This document shows, one piece after another, positions 61,135 through 64,000 of a stretch of DNA of 64,000 nucleotides (position 1 is its first letter; every line of letters starts with the position of its first letter). Source of the stretch: Obrimoposthia wandeli. Its lineage: Eukaryota. The notes beneath the pieces were generated by a model that did not search any database, was not told the DNA's origin, and saw only the letters and a program-made list of their open reading frames with translations. The stretch is taken from positions 2,418,001 to 2,482,000 of the forward strand of contig CDROCS010000253.1 in the NCBI GenBank assembly GCA_977020255.1, written 5' to 3'. A program made the translations under genes and the position numbers.

Positions 61135-61400
61135 TTTTTTCACCGTAGACATCAGCAGAGCCTAAAGTAAAACCTCTCATCAATTTAATGTGCATGAAGT
61201 TAATCATAATACTTACCTTGTTTATTCGCACTTAGTGCGAGAAACAAGGCTAAGTACTTACACTATTGTCTGATAAAGATAATACTTTTAATCACCTAAG
61301 TTGTTTTCGCTATGTTTTATGCCGATAACGCTAATTCATCTAGCGATAAAATACCCACTAATTATTCAAGACTAGTTCTGTTTTTAGCGACAATTTGTAC

Positions 61401-61413
61401 TATAATCCGCGCC
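61401..61413 (+). promoter_or_regulatory. -10 box with GC-rich discriminator upstream of the DEAD-box helicase
   Basis: TATAATCCGCGCC. Confidence 0.55.
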
Positions 61414-61462
61414 AATTATGCTATTTCAGTATTTTACAAATTTTTTAGGGTTTAGGTGACAT

Positions 61463-62830
61463 ATGAGTGTTGATGCAATTGGCTTATCAGCAGATTTATT
61501 AAAAGCGGTTAAAGAGTGTGGTTATAAAAATTTAACCCCTATTCAACAAGAAGCAATTCCAGTTATTCGTCAAGGTACTGACCTTTTAGCAAGTGCGCAA
61601 ACAGGTACAGGTAAAACTGCTGCTTTTAGTTTGCCTATTTTAGATGCCATTGCTAAAGCTAATCATGCTGCTAATAGCTCGGCTAATTCAACAGATGAAG
61701 AATCTGGCGATGTAAAAAGTGCTTCAGGTCAAGCGATACGAGCGTTGATATTGACACCTACCCGTGAACTTGCCAATCAAGTTGCTGCTAACATCAAACA
61801 GTTTAGTCAATACCTGCCAGTCAAAAGTGGTGTGGTTTATGGTGGCGGTAAAATGGCATCACAAACTAAAATGTTAAAACAAGGTCTTGATGTCTTAGTG
61901 GCGACACCAGGTCGTTTGTTAGAGCACTTAGCTCTACACAATGTTGACTTATCACAAGTGAAATTTCTTGTGCTTGATGAAGCCGATCGCATGTTAGATA
62001 TGGGTTTTTTAAATGATATTGAAAAACTATTGTTAGCGGTTAAGCATAAGCATCAAACCTTGATGTTTTCTGCAACTTTTTCAGACCGCGTCAAGTCGTT
62101 AGCAAATCAGTTATTAAAATCTCCAAAAACAATCAGTGTTTCTAAAGAAAATACGACTTCTGGTAAAATTAAACAAGCCGTTTATTGGGTTACCGAAGAG
62201 CGTAAACGTGAATTACTTTCAGAAATTATTGGTGTTAATAATTGGAAGCAAGTGCTCGTCTTTGCTGGTACAAAAGAAAGTGCAAACACCTTAGCAAAAG
62301 AATTAAAGCTTGATGGAATAAAAGCTGCGTTGTGCCACGGTGATAAAACTCAAGGCGCAAGAAACAAAGCGTTAGAGCAATTTACTGAAGGCAAAGTACG
62401 TGTATTAGTTGCTACAGACGTTGCAGCTCGCGGTTTAGATATACCAGATCTTGCTTATGTTGTTAACTTTCACTTGCCATTTTTACCTGAAGATTATGTC
62501 CACCGTGTTGGTCGTACAGGTAGAGCAGGTAAGTCAGGTACGGCAATTTCTTTAGTAAGTCCTAAAGACGAACGCTTTTTAGAAAACATAGAGCAATTGA
62601 TTGAACGTAAGTTTGAACGAATTGTCGCTCCTGGTTATGAGTTTAATCGCTTAGAGGCTAACGAGTACCAAGAAGCAACGGTTAAGCGCGATAGTAAAAA
62701 TAGGTATCGTGCAACCCAAGAAAAGAATCAAAACTTAGCAAAGAAAGATGTAAAAAGTAAAGTTCAGAGTAAAAATAAAACTGAACGAACAAGCGCCAAA
62801 TACAACAGTAAGATTCAGAAGAAGCGCTAA
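61463..62830 (+). CDS. DEAD-box RNA helicase (RhlE-like)
   Basis: AQTGTGKT, PTRELA, TPGRL, DEAD, SAT and HRVGRTGR motifs; basic C-terminal tail. Confidence 0.95.
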   Translation: MSVDAIGLSADLLKAVKECGYKNLTPIQQEAIPVIRQGTDLLASAQTGTGKTAAFSLPILDAIAKANHAANSSANSTDEESGDVKSASGQAIRALILTPTRELANQVAANIKQFSQYLPVKSGVVYGGGKMASQTKMLKQGLDVLVATPGRLLEHLALHNVDLSQVKFLVLDEADRMLDMGFLNDIEKLLLAVKHKHQTLMFSATFSDRVKSLANQLLKSPKTISVSKENTTSGKIKQAVYWVTEERKRELLSEIIGVNNWKQVLVFAGTKESANTLAKELKLDGIKAALCHGDKTQGARNKALEQFTEGKVRVLVATDVAARGLDIPDLAYVVNFHLPFLPEDYVHRVGRTGRAGKSGTAISLVSPKDERFLENIEQLIERKFERIVAPGYEFNRLEANEYQEATVKRDSKNRYRATQEKNQNLAKKDVKSKVQSKNKTERTSAKYNSKIQKKR

Positions 62831-62871
62831 GTTTTGCCAGTAAAGCTCACTAATAATAAGATAAAAAACCA

Positions 62872-63597
62872 GTGATAAGACCTATAATCGCCTCTGTAAT
62901 ACTTACAGAAACACCTTTTGATAAAAGGCATTGTTGCTGGTTTTGTGGTGAGCCTAGCCAGGTTGTCTTTATTTTTCCCTCGTATAGTTCTGCCTTTTCT
63001 GATGAGAGTGATAAGTATTTATCACTCTCTAGTTCACATCCCGTCATTTCTGTTCCTAGTTGCAGTGAGTGCCATAAGCTGGCAAATAAAGCTGAAGAAA
63101 GTACCATTTCGGCAGTCAAAGCGAATGTAAAACGCCAGCTAATACAACGCTATGCTAAAGATCTCGCTATCGGTGTCAATTGGACAGAGCATGAGTTGGC
63201 AACAAGTGAATTTGAGCAAGGCAACTTTGCAGGTTTTGCTCGAAGTGCTTGGTTTATGTATCAAGTGGCAAAAACGAGAGTAAGCTACTTAGCTTGGCCA
63301 CTGGTGGCTAATGGTATTGAGCTTGAAGATATTGATCTTGAAGAAATACAAGCGGAGGCCTTTACCTTTGACGGTGTATTGTATCCCTCTTTATCCGATG
63401 CTATTAATCACTATGCAAAGATATTTTTATTAGATGAACACTATGTTATCGCTGTTTTACAACATCTGGGCAATGGTGATATTGATGAGAAATCATTTGC
63501 TCAAGCGGTCCGTTTTTGCCGGTTATTGGTTAATGCTAGCCCAAATGAGCGTAAGGCAGCTTTTAAGGCGCTGGTGGTTAAAAACCAGTTTACTTAG
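62872..63597 (+). CDS. Hypothetical protein with paired CxxC motifs (HNH-like zinc fold)
   Basis: CWFCGEP and VPSCSECH; GTG start. Confidence 0.75.
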   Translation: MIRPIIASVILTETPFDKRHCCWFCGEPSQVVFIFPSYSSAFSDESDKYLSLSSSHPVISVPSCSECHKLANKAEESTISAVKANVKRQLIQRYAKDLAIGVNWTEHELATSEFEQGNFAGFARSAWFMYQVAKTRVSYLAWPLVANGIELEDIDLEEIQAEAFTFDGVLYPSLSDAINHYAKIFLLDEHYVIAVLQHLGNGDIDEKSFAQAVRFCRLLVNASPNERKAAFKALVVKNQFT

Positions 63598-63610
63598 TAA
63601 TTTTTATAAC

Positions 63611-63780
63611 TATACCCAAGCGAATAAACTGCTCAGGGGTCGCCTAAGGCTGGTTTAGCAACGCTTTATGCTACGTTATTTATTTCCTATAAGGGAACAA
63701 CCATCCCCTTCAATCAATGCCTTGCCTAAAGGCATTTCTAATTCCAGCTGAAACCTGCATCTTCATGTGGCTTGAGTATA
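63611..63780 (+). mobile_element. MITE family A copy 5 (170 bp)
   Basis: TATACCCAAGC...GCATCTTCATGTGGCTTGAGTATA; core shared with copy 2. Confidence 0.88.
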
Positions 63781-64000
63781 TACAACACTTAAATGCGAAG
63801 ATGTTTGTATCTTACTGCGGTAAAGCATTTCGTCTGCACGTTTAAAAAAACTGAGTTCATTATCGGCTCTATTCATAAACGTTGAACCTATGCTGCAACC
63901 TAGTTGATATTTATTCAACTGTATATTCGTAGTTAACGCTAGATTGATTCTATTTTCAATGATAGCTAAAGCAGTATCGTTAGCATTTTCGACGATAATG
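63763..64000 (-). CDS. 3' end of a GGDEF (diguanylate cyclase) domain gene, cut by the window edge
   Basis: Hand translation ...LGCSIGSTFMNRADNELSFFKRADEMLYRSKIQTSSHLSVVYTQAT* contains the SIG...AD.aLY.aK C-terminal signature of GGDEF domains. It is absent from the ORF track because it has no start in the window. Confidence 0.75.
   Translation of the reverse strand, partial: IIVENANDTALAIIENRINLALTTNIQLNKYQLGCSIGSTFMNRADNELSFFKRADEMLYRSKIQTSSHLSVVYTQAT

Noticed and set aside
2124-63130. Many 60-230-aa ORFs antisense to or overlapping core genes (e.g. 7484-7963, 13734-14225, 47277-47969)
   Set aside because: They are shadow frames of well-conserved genes with no recognisable motifs or RBS.

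Overview
AT-rich chromosomal window from a marine gammaproteobacterium. Gene content and order suggest Alteromonadales, probably Colwellia-like (inference, not a database result). It is mostly core genome: the end of a chemotaxis cluster (cheW tail, DUF2802, mlaA); ribH-nusB-thiL-pgpA; an HPF/RaiA paralog; an RND pump pair; dbpA, zapE, tapT, serA, rpiA; dapD-glnD-map; the rpsB-tsf-pyrH-frr-uppS-cdsA-dxr-rseP-bamA-skp-lpxD-fabZ-lpxA-lpxB-rnhB-dnaE-accA-tilS cluster; sstT, phnA, fur, fldA, ybfE, ybfF, seqA, pgm; the branched-chain 2-oxoacid dehydrogenase operon bkdA1-A2-B; an ACE-like M2 peptidase; a PsrA-like TetR regulator; a second DEAD-box helicase; and a partial GGDEF gene. I found no rRNA, tRNA, CRISPR array, integrase or transposase. 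The non-routine signal is at gene junctions. (1) An 89-bp tandem duplication between bkdA1 and bkdA2 makes two complete 28-aa mini-cistrons, each with its own RBS. (2) Smaller start-codon duplications at lpxB/rnhB and rnhB/dnaE create tiny ORFs, and the second is stop/start-coupled to dnaE. (3) Five copies of a TA-flanked, ERIC-like MITE family, plus a short remnant and one copy of a second family, are present. One copy splits a gene, one supplies a gene's stop codon, and one carries CsrA-type GGA hairpins in front of ribH. LiuR-like and PsrA-like operators are also visible. All calls were made by eye from the sequence and the ORF track; no searches were run.
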